Shown here piece by piece: positions 28,401 to 43,500 of a stretch of 64,000 bases of DNA; position 1 is the first letter of the stretch, and the number at the start of each line of letters is the position of its first letter. Origin of the DNA: Balanoglossus misakiensis (lineage: Eukaryota; Animalia; Hemichordata). Position numbers and translations under genes: made by a program. The notes under the pieces are model-generated. The model was not told the DNA's origin and searched no databases. It worked only from the letters and a program-made list of their open reading frames with translations. Location of the stretch: assembly GCA_040954595.2 (NCBI GenBank), contig CM082595.2, forward strand, positions 9,165,918-9,229,917. The letters are read 5' to 3'.

Positions 28401-31400
28401 CAACATTTAGTCGATTTTTGAAAAAAATCATGGTTGAAAATCATCAAAAAATGACAAAATTTTCGACTTTGCAAAATCTCAACATTTCGTCGATTTTTGA
28501 AAAAAAATCATGGGTGAAAATCATCAAAAAATGACAAATTTTCGACTTTGCAAAATCTCAACATTTCGTCGATTTTTGAAAAAAATCATGGGTGAAAATC
28601 ATCAAAAAATGACAAATTTTCGACTTCGCAAAATCTCAAAATTTCGTCGATTTTTGAAAAAAATCATGGGTGAAAATCATCAAAAAATGACACATTTTCG
28701 ACTTTGCAAAATCTCAAAATTTCGTCGATTTTTGAAAAAAAATCATGGGTGAAAATCATCAAAAAATGACAAATTTTGAAAAAAAACGGGTGAAAATCAT
28801 CAAAAAATGACACATTTTCGACTTTGCAAAATCTCAAAATTTCGTCGATTTTTGAAGAAAATCATGGGTGAAAATCATCAAAAAATGACAAATTTTCGAC
28901 TTTGCAAAATCTCAAAATTTCGTCGATTTTTGAAAAAAAAATCATGGGGGAAAATCATCAAAAAATTACAAATTTTCGACTGCAAAATCTCAAAATTTCG
29001 TCGATTTTTGAAAAATCATGGGTGAAAATCATGAAAAAATGACAAATTTTCGACTTTGCAAAATCTGAAAATTTCGTCGATTTTTGAAAAAAATCATGGG
29101 GGAAAATGATCAAAAAATGACAAATTTTCGACTGCAAAATCTCAAAATTCCGTCAATTTTGAAAAAAATCATGGGTGAAAATCATCAAAAAATGACAATT
29201 TTTTTACTGCAAAATCTCAAAATTTCATCGATTTTTGAAAAAAATCATGGGTGAAAATCATCAAAAAATGATAAATTTTCGACTTTGCAAAATCTCAAAA
29301 TTTCGTCGATTTTTGAAGAAAATCAAGGGTGAAAATCATCAAAAAATGACAAAATTTTCGACTTTGTAAAATCACAAAATTTCGTCGATTTTTGAAAAAA
29401 AATCATGGTTGAAAATCATCAAAAAATGACAAAATTTTCGACTTTGAAAATCACAAAATTTCGTCGATTTTTGAAAAAAATCATGGGTGAAAATCATGAA
29501 AAAATGACAAATTTTGAAAAAAAAACGGTGAAAATCATCAAAAAATGACACATTTTCGACTTTGCAAAATCTCAACATTTCGTCGATTTTTTAAAAAAAA
29601 TTGTTGAAAATCATCAAAAAATGACAAATTTTCGACTTCGCAAAATCTCAAAATTTCGTCGATTTTTGAAAAAAATCATGGGTGAAAATCATCAAAAAAT
29701 GACACATTTTCGACTTTGCAAAATCTCAAAATTTCGTCGATTTTTGAAAAAAAATCATGGGTGAAAATCATCAAAAAATGACAAATTTTGAAAAAAAACG
29801 GGTGAAAATCATCAAAAAATGACACATTTTCGACTTTGCAAAATCTCAAAATTTCGTCGATTTTTGAAAAAAAATCATGGGTGAAAATCATCAAAAAATG
29901 ACAATTTTGAAAAAAAAACGGGTGAAAATCATCAAAAAATGACACATTTTCGACTTTGCAAAATCTCAAAATTTCGTCGATTTTTGAAGAAAATCATGGG
30001 TGAAAATCATCAAAAAATGACAAATTTTCGACTTTGCAAAATCTCAAAATTTCGTCGATTTTTGAAAAAAATCATGGGGGAAAATCATCAAAAAATTACA
30101 AATTTTCGACTGCAAAATCTCAAAATTTCGTCGATTTTTGAAAAAATCATGGGTGAAAATCATGAAAAATGACAAATTTTCGACTTTGCAAAATCTGAAA
30201 ATTTCGTCGATTTTTGAAAAAAATCATGGGGGAAAATGATCAAAAAATGACAAATTTTCGACTGCAAAATCTTAAAATTTCGTCAATTTTGAAAAAAATC
30301 ATGGGTGAAAATCATCAAAAAATGACAATTTTTTTACTGCAAAATCTCAAAATTTCATCGATTTTTGAAAAAAATCATGGGTGAAAATCATCAAAAAATG
30401 ATAAATTTTCGACTTTGCAAAATCTCAAAATTTCGTCGATTTTTGAAGAAAATCAAGGGTGAAAATCATCAAAAAATGACAAAATTTTCGACTTTGTAAA
30501 ATCACAAAATTTCGTCGATTTTTGAAAAAAAATCATGGTTGAAAATCATCAAAAAATGACAAAATTTTCGACTTTGAAAAATCACAAAATTTCGTCGATT
30601 TTTGAAAAAAAATCATGGGTGAAAATCATGAAAAAATGACAAATTTTGAAAAAAAAACGGGTGAAAATCATCAAAAAATGACACATTTTCGACTTTGCAA
30701 AATCTCAACATTTCGTCGATTTTTTAAAAAAAATTGTTGAAAATCATCAAAAAATGACAAATTTTCGACTTCGCAAAATCTCAAAATTTCGTCGATTTTT
30801 GAAAAAAATCATGGGTGAAAATCATCAAAAAATGACACATTTTCGACTTTGCAAAATCTCAAAATTTCGTCGATTTTTGAAAAAAAACGGGGGAAAATCA
30901 TCAAAAAATGACAAATTTTCGACTTTGCAAAATCTCAAAATTTCGTCGATTTTTGAAAAAAATCATGGGTGAAAATCATCAAAAAATGACAAATTTTCGT
31001 CTTTGCAAAATCTCAAAATTTCGTCCATTTTTGAAACAAAATCATGGGTAAAAATCATCAAAAATGACAAATTTTCGTCTTTGCAAAATCTCAAATTTTC
31101 GTCGATTTTTGAAAAAAATCATGGTTGAAAATCATCAAAAAATGACAAAATTTTCGAATTTGTAAAATCACAAAATTTCGTCGATTTTGAAAAAAATCAT
31201 AGGTTCGTCGATTTTAAAAAAAAAAAAACATGGGTGAAAATCATCAAAAAATGACAAATATTGAAAAAAAACGGGTGAAAATCATCAAAAAATGACACAT
31301 TTTCGTCGACTTTGCAAAATCTCAAAATTTCGTCGATTTTTGAAAAAAATCATGGGGGAAAATGATCAAAAAATGACAAATTTTCGACTGCAAAAACTCA

Positions 31401-34141
31401 AAATTTCATCAATTTTGAAAAAAATCATGGGTGAAAATCATCAAAAATGACAAATTTTCCTCTTTGCAAAATCTATAAATTTCGTCGATTTTTGAAAAAT
31501 TTTCAACTTTGCAAAATCTCAAAATTTCGTCGATTTTTGAAAAAAATCATGGGGGAAAATCATCAAAAAATGACAAATTTTCGACTGCAAAATCTCAAAA
31601 TTTCGTCGATTTTTGAAATAAATCATTGTTGAAAATTATCAAAAATTGACAAATTTTCCTCTTTGCAAAATCTCAAAATTTCGTCGATTTTTTGAAAAAA
31701 GACGGGTGAAAATCATCTAAAAATGACAAATTTTCGACTTTGCAAAATCTCAAAATTTCGTCGATTTTTGAAAAAAATCTTGGGTGAAAATCATCAAAAA
31801 ATGACACATTTTCGACTTTGCAAAATCTCAAAATTTCGTCGATTTTTGAAAAAAAATCATGGGTGAAAATCATCAAAAAATGACAAATTTTCGTCTTTGC
31901 AAAATCTCAAAATTTCGTCCATTTTTGAAAAAAAATCATGGGGGAAAATCATCAAAAAATTACAAATTTTCGACTTTGCAAAATCTCAAAATTTCGTCGA
32001 TTTTTGAAAAAATCATGGGTGAAAATCATGAAAAAATGACAAATTTTCGACTTTGCAAAATCTGAAAATTTCGTCGATTTTTGAAAAAAATCATGGGGGA
32101 AAATGATCAAAAAATGACAAATTTTCGACTGCAAAATCTCAAAATTTCGTCAATTTTGAAAAAAATCATGGGTGAAAATCATCAAAAAATGACAATTTTT
32201 TTACTGCAAAATCTCAAAATTTCATCGATTTTTGAAAAAAATCATGGGTGAAAATCATCAAAAAATGATAAATTTTCGACTTTGCAAAATCTCAAAATTT
32301 CGTCGATTTTTGAAGAAAATCAAGGGTGAAAATCATCAAAAAATGACACATTTTCGACTTTGCAAAATCTCAAAATTTCGTCGATTTTTGAAAAAAAATC
32401 ATGGGTGAAAACCATCAAAAAATGACAAATTTTCGACTTTGCAAAATCTCAAAATTTCGTCGATTTTTGAAGAAAATCATGGGTGAAAATCATCAAAAAA
32501 TGATAAATTTTCGACTGCAAAATCTCAAAATTTCGTCGATTTTTGAAATAAATCATTGTTGAAAATTATCAAAAATTGACAAATTTTCCTCTTTGCAAAA
32601 TCTCAAAATTTCGTCGATTTTTTGAAAAAAGACGGGTGAAAATCATCTAAAAATGACAAATTTTCGACTTTGCAAAATCTCAAAATTTCGTCGATTTTTG
32701 AAAAAAATCTTGGGTGAAAATCATCAAAAAATGACACATTTTCGACTTTGCAAAATCTCAAAATTTCGTCGATTTTTGAAAAAAAATCATGGGTGAAAAT
32801 CATCAAAAAATGACAAATTTTCGTCTTTGCAAAATCTCAAAATTTCGTCCATTTTTGAAAAAAAATCATGGGGGAAAATCATCAAAAAATTACAAATTTT
32901 CGACTGCAAAATCTCAAAATTTCGTCGATTTTTGAAAAAATCATGGGTGAAAATCATGAAAAAATGACAAATTTTCGACTTTGCAAAATCTGAAAATTTC
33001 GTCGATTTTTGAAAAAAATCATGGGGGAAAATGATCAAAAAATGACAAATTTTCGACTGCAAAATCTCAAAATTTCGTCAATTTTGAAAAAAATCATGGG
33101 TGAAAATCATCAAAAAATGACAATTTTTTTACTGCAAAATCTCAAAATTTCATCGATTTTTGAAAAAAATCATGGGTGAAAATCATCAAAAAATGATAAA
33201 TTTTCGACTTTGCAAAATCTCAAAATTTCGTCGATTTTTGAAGAAAATCAAGGGTGAAAATCATCAAAAAATGACACATTTTCGACTTTGCAAAATCTCA
33301 AAATTTCGTCGATTTTTGAAAAAAAATCATGGGTGAAAACCATCAAAAAATGACAAATTTTCGACTTTGCAAAATCTCAAAATTTCGTCGATTTTTGAAG
33401 AAAATCATGGGTGAAAATCATCAAAAAATGATAAATTTTCGACTTTGCAAAATCTCAAAATTTCGTCGATTTTTGAAGAAAATCAAGGGTGAAAATCATC
33501 AAAAAATGACAAAATTTTCGACTTTGTAAAATCACAAAATTTCGTCGATTTTTGAAAAAAAATCATGAATGAAAATCATCAAAAAATGACAAAATTTTCG
33601 ACTTTGAAAAATCACAAAATTTCGTCGATTTTTGAAAAAAAATCATGGGTGAAAATCATGAAAAAATGACAAATTTTGAAAAAAAACCGGGTGAAAATCA
33701 TCAAAAAATGACACATTTTCGACTTTGCAAAATCTCAACATTTAGTCGATTTTTGAAAAAAATCATGGTTGAAAATCATCAAAAAATGACAAAATTTTCG
33801 ACTTTGCAAAATCTCAACATTTCGTCGATTTTTGAAAAAAAATCATGGGTGAAAATCATCAAAAAATGACAAATTTTCGACTTTGCAAAATCTCAACATT
33901 TCGTCGATTTTTGAAAAAAATCATGGGTGAAAATCATCAAAAAATGACAAATTTTCGACTTCGCAAAATCTCAAAATTTCGTCGATTTTTGAAAAAAATC
34001 ATGGGTGAAAATCATCAAAAAATGACACATTTTCGACTTTGCAAAATCTCAAAATTTCGTCGATTTTTGAAAAAAAATCATGGGTGAAAATCATCAAAAA
34101 ATGACAAATTTTGAAAAAAAACGGGTGAAAATCATCAAAAA

Positions 34142-37100
34142 ATGACACATTTTCGACTTTGCAAAATCTCAAAATTTCGTCGATTTTTGAAGAAAATCAT
34201 GGGTGAAAATCATCAAAAAATGACAAATTTTCGACTTTGCAAAATCTCAAAATTTCGTCGATTTTTGAAAAAAATCATGGGGGAAAATCATCAAAAAATT
34301 ACAAATTTTCGACTGCAAAATCTCAAAATTTCGTCGATTTTTGAAAAAATCATGGGTGAAAATCATGAAAAAATGACAAATTTTCGACTTTGCAAAATCT
34401 GAAAATTTCGTCGATTTTTGAAAAAAATCATGGGGGAAAATGATCAAAAAATGACAAATTTTCGACTGCAAAATCTCAAAATTCCGTCAATTTTGAAAAA
34501 AATCATGGGTGAAAATCATCAAAAAATGACAATTTTTTTACTGCAAAATCTCAAAATTTCATCGATTTTTGAAAAAAATCATGGGTGAAAATCATCAAAA
34601 AATGATAAATTTTCGACTTTGCAAAATCTCAAAATTTCGTCGATTTTTGAAGAAAATCAAGGGTGAAAATCATCAAAAAATGACAAAATTTTCGACTTTG
34701 TAAAATCACAAAATTTCGTCGATTTTTGAAAAAAAATCATGGTTGAAAATCATCAAAAAATGACAAAATTTTCGACTTTGAAAAATCACAAAATTTCGTC
34801 GATTTTTGAAAAAAATCATGGGTGAAAATCATGAAAAAATGACAAATTTTGAAAAAAAAACGGTGAAAATCATCAAAAAATGACACATTTTCGACTTTGC
34901 AAAATCTCAACATTTCGTCGATTTTTTAAAAAAAATTGTTGAAAATCATCAAAAAATGACAAATTTTCGACTTCGCAAAATCTCAAAATTTCGTCGATTT
35001 TTGAAAAAAATCATGGGTGAAAATCATCAAAAAATGACACATTTTCGACTTTGCAAAATCTCAAAATTTCGTCGATTTTTGAAAAAAAATCATGGGTGAA
35101 AATCATCAAAAAATGACAAATTTTGAAAAAAAACGGGTGAAAATCATCAAAAAATGACACATTTTCGACTTTGCAAAATCTCAAAATTTCGTCGATTTTT
35201 GAAAAAAAATCATGGGTGAAAATCATCAAAAAATGACAAATTTTGAAAAAAAAACGGGTGAAAATCATCAAAAAATGACACATTTTCGACTTTGCAAAAT
35301 CTCAAAATTTCGTCGATTTTTGAAGAAAATCATGGGTGAAAATCATCAAAAAATGACAAATTTTCGACTTTGCAAAATCTCAAAATTTCGTCGATTTTTG
35401 AAAAAAATCATGGGGGAAAATCATCAAAAAATTACAAATTTTCGACTGCAAAATCTCAAAATTTCGTCGATTTTTGAAAAAATCATGGGTGAAAATCATG
35501 AAAAAATGACAAATTTTCGACTTTGCAAAATCTGAAAATTTCGTCGATTTTTGAAAAAAATCATGGGGGAAAATGATCAAAAAATGACAAATTTTCGACT
35601 GCAAAATCTCAAAATTCCGTCAATTTTGAAAAAAATCATGGGTGAAAATCATCAAAAAATGACAATTTTTTTACTGCAAAATCTCAAAATTTCATCGATT
35701 TTTGAAAAAAATCATGGGTGAAAATCATCAAAAAATGATAAATTTTCGACTTTGCAAAATCTCAAAATTTCGTCGATTTTTGAAGAAAATCAAGGGTGAA
35801 AATCATCAAAAAATGACAAAATTTTCGACTTTGTAAAATCACAAAATTTCGTCGATTTTTGAAAAAAAATCATGGTTGAAAATCATCAAAAAATGACAAA
35901 ATTTTCGACTTTGAAAAATCACAAAATTTCGTCGATTTTTGAAAAAAATCATGGGTGAAAATCATGAAAAAATGACAAATTTTGAAAAAAAAACGGTGAA
36001 AATCATCAAAAAATGACACATTTTCGACTTTGCAAAATCTCAACATTTCGTCGATTTTTTAAAAAAAATTGTTGAAAATCATCAAAAAATGACAAATTTT
36101 CGACTTCGCAAAATCTCAAAATTTCGTCGATTTTTGAAAAAAATCATGGGTGAAAATCATCAAAAAATGACACATTTTCGACTTTGCAAAATCTCAAAAT
36201 TTCGTCGATTTTTGAAAAAAAATCATGGGTGAAAATCATCAAAAAATGACAAATTTTGAAAAAAAACGGGTGAAAATCATCAAAAAATGACACATTTTCG
36301 ACTTTGCAAAATCTCAAAATTTCGTCGATTTTTGAAAAAAAATCATGGGTGAAAATCATCAAAAAATGACAAATTTTGAAAAAAAAACGGGTGAAAATCA
36401 TCAAAAAATGACACATTTTCGACTTTGCAAAATCTCAAAATTTCGTCGATTTTTGAAGAAAATCATGGGTGAAAATCATCAAAAAATGACAAATTTTCGA
36501 CTTTGCAAAATCTCAAAATTTCGTCGATTTTTGAAAAAAATCATGGGGGAAAATCATCAAAAAATTACAAATTTTCGACTGCAAAATCTCAAAATTTCGT
36601 CGATTTTTGAAAAAATCATGGGTGAAAATCATGAAAAAATGACAAATTTTCGACTTTGCAAAATCTGAAAATTTCGTCGATTTTTGAAAAAAATCATGGG
36701 GGAAAATGATCAAAAAATGACAAATTTTCGACTGCAAAATCTTAAAATTTCGTCAATTTTGAAAAAAATCATGGGTGAAAATCATCAAAAAATGACAATT
36801 TTTTTACTGCAAAATCTCAAAATTTCATCGATTTTTGAAAAAAATCATGGGTGAAAATCATCAAAAAATGATAAATTTTCGACTTTGCAAAATCTCAAAA
36901 TTTCGTCGATTTTTGAAGAAAATCAAGGGTGAAAATCATCAAAAAATGACAAAATTTTCGACTTTGTAAAATCACAAAATTTCGTCGATTTTTGAAAAAA
37001 AATCATGGTTGAAAATCATCAAAAAATGACAAAATTTTCGACTTTGAAAAATCACAAAATTTCGTCGATTTTTAAAAAAAAAATCATGGGTGAAAATCAT

Positions 37101-39180
37101 GAAAAAATGACAAATTTTGAAAAAAAAACGGGTGAAAATCATCAAAAAATGACACATTTTCGACTTTGCAAAATCTCAACATTTCGTCGATTTTTTAAAA
37201 AAAATTGTTGAAAATCATCAAAAAATGACAAATTTTCGACTTCGCAAAATCTCAAAATTTCGTCGATTTTTGAAAAAAATCATGGGTGAAAATCATCAAA
37301 AAATGACACATTTTCGACTTTGCAAAATCTCAAAATTTCGTCGATTTTTGAAAAAAAATCATGGGTGAAAATCATCAAAAAATGACAAATTTTGAAAAAA
37401 AACGGGTGAAAATCATCAAAAAATGACACATTTTCGACTTTGCAAAATCTCAAAATTTCGTCGATTTTTGAAGAAAATCATGGGTGAAAATCATCAAAAA
37501 ATGACAAATTTTCGACTTTGCAAAATCTCAAAATTTCGTCGATTTTTGAAAAAAATCATGGGGGAAAATCATCAAAAAATTACAAATTTTCGACTGCAAA
37601 ATCTCAAAATTTCGTCGATTTTTGAAAAAATCATGGGTGAAAATCATGAAAAAATGACAAATTTTCGACTTTGCAAAATCTGAAAATTTCGTCGATTTTT
37701 GAAAAAAATCATGGGGGAAAATGATCAAAAAATGACAAATTTTCGACTGCAAAATCTTAAAATTTCGTCAATTTTGAAAAAAATCATGGGTGAAAATCAT
37801 CAAAAAATGACATTTTTTTTACTGCAAAATCTCAAAATTTCATCGATTTTTGAAAAAAATCATGGGTGAAAATCATCAAAAAATGATAAATTTTCGACTT
37901 TGCAAAATCTCAAAATTTCGTCGATTTTTGAAGAAAATCAAGGGTGAAAATCATCAAAAAATGACAAAATTTTCGACTTTGTAAAATCACAAAATTTCGT
38001 CGATTTTTGAAAAAAAATCATGGTTGAAAATCATCAAAAAATGACAAAATTTTCGACTTTGAAAAATCACAAAATTTCGTCGATTTTTGAAAAAAATCAT
38101 GGGTGAAAATCATGAAAAAATGACAAATTTTGAAAAAAAAACGGGTGAAAATCATCAAAAAATGACACATTTTCGACTTTGCAAAATCTCAACATTTCGT
38201 CGATTTTTTAAAAAAAATTGTTGAAAATCATCAAAAAATGACAAATTTTCGACTTCGCAAAATCTCAAAATTTCGTCGATTTTTGAAAAAAATCATGGGT
38301 GAAAATCATCAAAAAATGACACATTTTCGACTTTGCAAAATCTCAAAATTTCGTCGATTTTTGAAAAAAAATCATGGGTGAAAATCATCAAAAAATGACA
38401 AATTTTGAAAAAAAACGGGTGAAAATCATCAAAAAATGACACATTTTCGACTTTGCAAAATCTCAAAATTTCGTCGATTTTTGAAGAAAATCATGGGTGA
38501 AAATCATCAAAAAATGACAAATTTTCGACTTTGCAAAATCTCAAAATTTCGTCGATTTTTGAAAAAAATCATGGGGGAAAATCATCAAAAAATTACAAAT
38601 TTTCGACTGCAAAATCTCAAAATTTCGTCGATTTTGGAAAAAATCATGGGTGAAAATCATGAAAAAATGACAAATTTTCGACTTTGCAAAATCTGAAAAT
38701 TTCGTCGATTTTTGAAAAAAATCATGGGGGAAAATGATCAAAAAATGACAAATTTTCGACTGCAAAATCTCAAAATTTCGTCAATTTTGAAAAAAATCAT
38801 GGGTGAAAATCATCAAAAAATGACAATTTTTTTACTGCAAAATCTCAAAATTTCATCGATTTTTGAAAAAAATCATGGGTGAAAATCATCAAAAAATGAT
38901 AAATTTTCGACTTTGCAAAATCTCAAAATTTCGTCGATTTTTGAAGAAAATCAAGGGTGAAAATCATCAAAAAATGACAAAATTTTCGACTTTGTAAAAT
39001 CACAAAATTTCGTCGATTTTTGAAAAAAAATCATGGTTGAAAATCATCAAAAAATGACAAAATTTTCGACTTTGAAAAATCACAAAATTTCGTCGATTTT
39101 TGAAAAAAATCATGGGTGAAAATCATGAAAAAATGACAAATTTTGAAAAAAAAACGGGTGAAAATCATCAAAAAATGACA
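34142..39180 (+). repeat. 1,013/1,133-bp higher-order repeat (12 full + 2 half monomers; the long form has one extra full+half pair)
   Basis: The same ordered series of variant monomers recurs. Offsets are 34247>35380>36513 (1133) and 36513>37528>38541 (1015, 1013). The 1013 spacing is also seen at 10644/11657 and 21855/22868. Confidence 0.85.
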
Positions 39181-40509
39181 CATTTTCGACTTTGCAAAAT
39201 CTCAACATTTAGTCGATTTTTGAAAAAAATCATGGTTGAAAATCATCAAAAAATGACAAAATTTTCGACTTTGCAAAATCTCAACATTTCGTCGATTTTT
39301 GAAAAAAATCATGGGTGAAAATCATCAAAAAATGACAAATTTTCGACTTTGCAAAATCTCAACATTTCGTCGATTTTTGAAAAAAATCATGGGTGAAAAT
39401 CATCAAAAAATGACACATTTTCGACTTTGCAAAATCTCAAAATTTCGTCGATTTTTGAAAAAAATCATGGGTGAAAATCATCAAAAAATGACACATTTTC
39501 GACTTTGCAAAATCTCAAAATTTCGTCGATTTTTGAAAAAAATCATGGGTGAAAATCATCAAAAAATGACAAATTTTGAAAAAAAAACGGGTGAAAATCA
39601 TCAAAAAATGACACATTTTCGACTTTGCAAAATCTCAAAATTTCGTCGATTTTTGAAAAAAAATCATGGGTGAAAATCATCAAAAAATGACAAATTTTCG
39701 TCTTTGCAAAATCTCAAAATTTCGTCCATTTTTGAAAAAAAATCATGGGGGAAAATCATCAAAAAATGACAAATTTTCGACTTTGCAAAATCTCAAAATT
39801 TCGTCGATTTTGAAAAAAACCACTGGGGGAAAATCATCAAAAAATGACAAAATTTTCGACTTTGCAAAATCACAAAATTTCGTCTATTTTGAAAAAAATC
39901 ATAGGTTCGTCGATTTTAAAAAAAAAACATGGGTGAAAATCATCAAAAAATGACACATTTTCGACTTTGCAAAATCTCAAAATTTCGTCGATTTTTGAAA
40001 AAAATCATGGGTGAAAATCATCAAAAAATGACAAATTTTCGACTTTGCAAAATCTCAAAATTTCGTCGATTTTTGAAAAAAATCATGGGTGAAAATCATG
40101 AAAAAATGACAAATTTTGAAAAAAAACGGGTGAAAATCGTCAAAAAATGACACATTTTCGACTTTGCAAAATCTCAAAATTTCGTCGATTTTTGAAAAAA
40201 AATCATGGGTGAAAACCATCAAAAAATGACAAATTTTCGACTTTGCAAAATCTCAAAATTTCGTCGATTTTTGAAAAAAATCATGGGTGAAAATCATCAA
40301 AAAATGACAAATTTTCGACTTTGCAAAATCTCAAAATTTCGTCGATTTTTGAAGAAAATCATGGGTGAAAATCATCAAAAAATGACAAATTTTCGACTTT
40401 GCAAAATCTCAAAATTTCGTCGATTTTTGAAAAAAATCATGGGGGAAAATCATCAAAAAATGACAAATTTTCGACTGCAAAATCTCAAAATTTCGTCGAT
40501 TTTTGAAAA

Positions 40510-43500
40510 AATCATGGGTGAAAATCATGAAAAAATGACAAATTTTCGACTTTGCAAAATCTGAAAATTTCGTCGATTTTTGAAAAAAATCATGGGGGAA
40601 AATGATCAAAAAATGACAAATTTTCGACTGCAAAATCTCAAAATTTCGTCAATTTTGAAAAAAATCATGGGTGAAAATCATCAAAAAATGACAATTTTTT
40701 TACTGCAAAATCTCAAAATTTCATCGATTTTTGAAAAAAATCATGGGTGAAAATCATCAAAAAATGATAAATTTTCGACTTTGCAAAATCTCAAAATTTC
40801 GTCGATTTTTGAAGAAAATCAAGGGTGAAAATCATCCAAAAATGACAAATTTTCGACTTTGCAAAATCTCAAAATTTCGTCGATTTTTGAAAAAAATCAT
40901 GGGGAAAATGATCAAAAAATGACAAATTTTCGACTGCAAAAACTCAAAATTTCGTCAATTTTGAAAAAAATCATGGGTGAAAATCATCAAAAAATGACAA
41001 ATTTTCCTCTTTGCAAAATCTATAAATTTCGTCGATTTTTGAAAAATTTTCAACTTTGCAAAATCTCAAAATTTCGTCGATTTTTGAAAAAAATCATGGG
41101 AGAAAATCATCAAAAAATGACAAATTTTTGACTGAAAAATCTCAAATTTTCGTCGATTTTTTAAAAAAAATTGTTGAAAATCATCAAAAAATGACAAATT
41201 TTTGACTTTGCAAAATCTCAAAATTTCGTCAATTTTGAAAAAAATCATGGGTGAAAATCATCAAAAAATGACAAATTTTCGACTTTGCAAAATCTCAAAT
41301 TTTCGTCGATTTTTGAAAAAAATCATGGGGGAAAATGATCAAAAAATGACAAATTTTCGACTGCAAAATTTCAAAATTTCGTCAATTTTGAAAAAATCAT
41401 GGGTGAAAATCATCAATTTATGACAAATTTTCGACTGCAAAAACTCAAAATTTCATCAATTTTGAAAAAAATCATGGGTGAAAATCATCAAAAATGACAA
41501 ATTTTCCTCTTTGCAAAATCTATAAATTTCGTCGATTTTTGAAAAATTTTCAACTTTGCAAAATCTCAAAATTTCGTCGATTTTTGAAAAAAATCATGGG
41601 GGAAAATCATCAAAAAATGACAAATTTTCGACTGCAAAATCTCAAAATTTCGTCGATTTTTGAAATAAATCATTGTTGAAAATTATCAAAAATTGACAAA
41701 TTTTCCTTTTTGCAAAATCTCAAAATTTCGTCGATTTTGAAAAAAATCATGGGTGAAAATCATCAAAAAATGACAAATTTTCGACTTTGCAAAATCTCAA
41801 AATTTCGTCGATTTTTGAAGAAAATCATGGGTGAAAATCATCAAAAAATGACAAATTTTCCTCTTTGCAAAATCAATAAATTTCGTCGATTTTTGAAAAA
41901 TTTTCAACTTTGCAAAATCTCAAAATTTCGTCGATTTTTGAAAAAAATCATGGGGGAAAATCATCAAAAAATGACAAATTTTCGACTGCAAAATCTCAAA
42001 ATTTCGTCGATTTTTGAAATAAATCATTGTTGAAAATTATCAAAAAATGACAAATTTTCCTCTTTACAAAATCACAAAATTTCGTCGATTTTTTGAAAAA
42101 AGACGGGTGAAAATCATCTAAAAATGACAAATTTTCGACTTTGCAAAATCTCAAAATTTCGTTGATTTTTGAAAAAAATCATGGGGGAAAATCATCAAAA
42201 AACGACAAATTTACGACTACAAAATCTCAAAATTTCGTCGATTTGTGAAAAAAAATCATGGGTGAAAATCATCAAAAAATGACAAATTTTCGACTTTGCA
42301 AAATCTCAAAATTTTGCCAATTTTGAAAAAATCATGGGTGAAAATCATCAAAAAATGACAATTTTTTTACTGCAAAATCTCAAATTTTCGTCGATTTTTT
42401 AAAAAAATTGTTGAAAATCATCAAAAAATGACAAATTTTTGACTGCAAAATCTCAAAATTTCGTCGATTTTTGAAAAAATATCATTGTTGAAAATCATCA
42501 AAAAATGACAAATTTTCCTCTTTGCAAAATCTCAAAATTTCGTCGATTTTTGAAAAAAGACATGGGTGAAAATCATCAAAAAATGACAAATTTTCGACTT
42601 TGCAAAATCTCAAAATTTCGTCGATTTTTGAAAAAATCATGGGTGAAAATCATGAAAAAATGACAAATTTTCGACTTTGCAAAATCTGAAAATTTCGTCG
42701 ATTTTTGAAAAAAATCATTGGGGAAAATGATCAAAAAATGACAAATTTTCGACTGCAAAATCTCAAAATTTCGTCAATTTTGAAAAAAATCATGGTCGAA
42801 AATCATCAAATAATGACAATTTTTTTACTGCAAAATCTCAAAATTTGATCGATTTTTGAAAAAAATCATGGGTGAAAATCATCAAAAAATGACAAATTTT
42901 CGACTTTGCAAAATCTCAAAATTTCGTCGATTTTTGAAGAAAATCAAGGGTGAAAATCATCAAAAAATGACAAATTTTCGACTTTGCAAAATCTCAAAAT
43001 TTCGTCGATTTTTGAAAAAAATCATGGGGAAAATGATCAAAAAATGACAAATTTTCGACTGCAAAATTTCAAAATTTCGTCAATTTTGAAAAAATCATGG
43101 GTGAAAATCATCAAAAAATGACAAATTTTCGACTGCAAAATCTCAAAATTTCGTCGATTTTTGAAAAAAAAAACGGGTGAAAATCATCAAAAAATTACAA
43201 ATTTTCGACTGCAAAAACTCAAAATTTCGTCAATTTTGAAAAAAATCATGGGTGAAAATCATCAAAAAATGACAAATTTTCCTCTTTGCAAAATCTATAA
43301 ATTTCGTCGATTTTTGAAAAATTTTCAACTTTGCAAAATCTCAAAATTTCGTCGATTTTGGAAAAAAATCATGGGGGAAAATCATCAAAAAATGACAAAT
43401 TTTCGACTGCAAAATCTCAAAATTTCGTCGATTTTTGAAATAAATCATTGTTGAAAATTATCAAAAAATGACAAATTTTCCTCTTTGCAAAATCTCAAAA

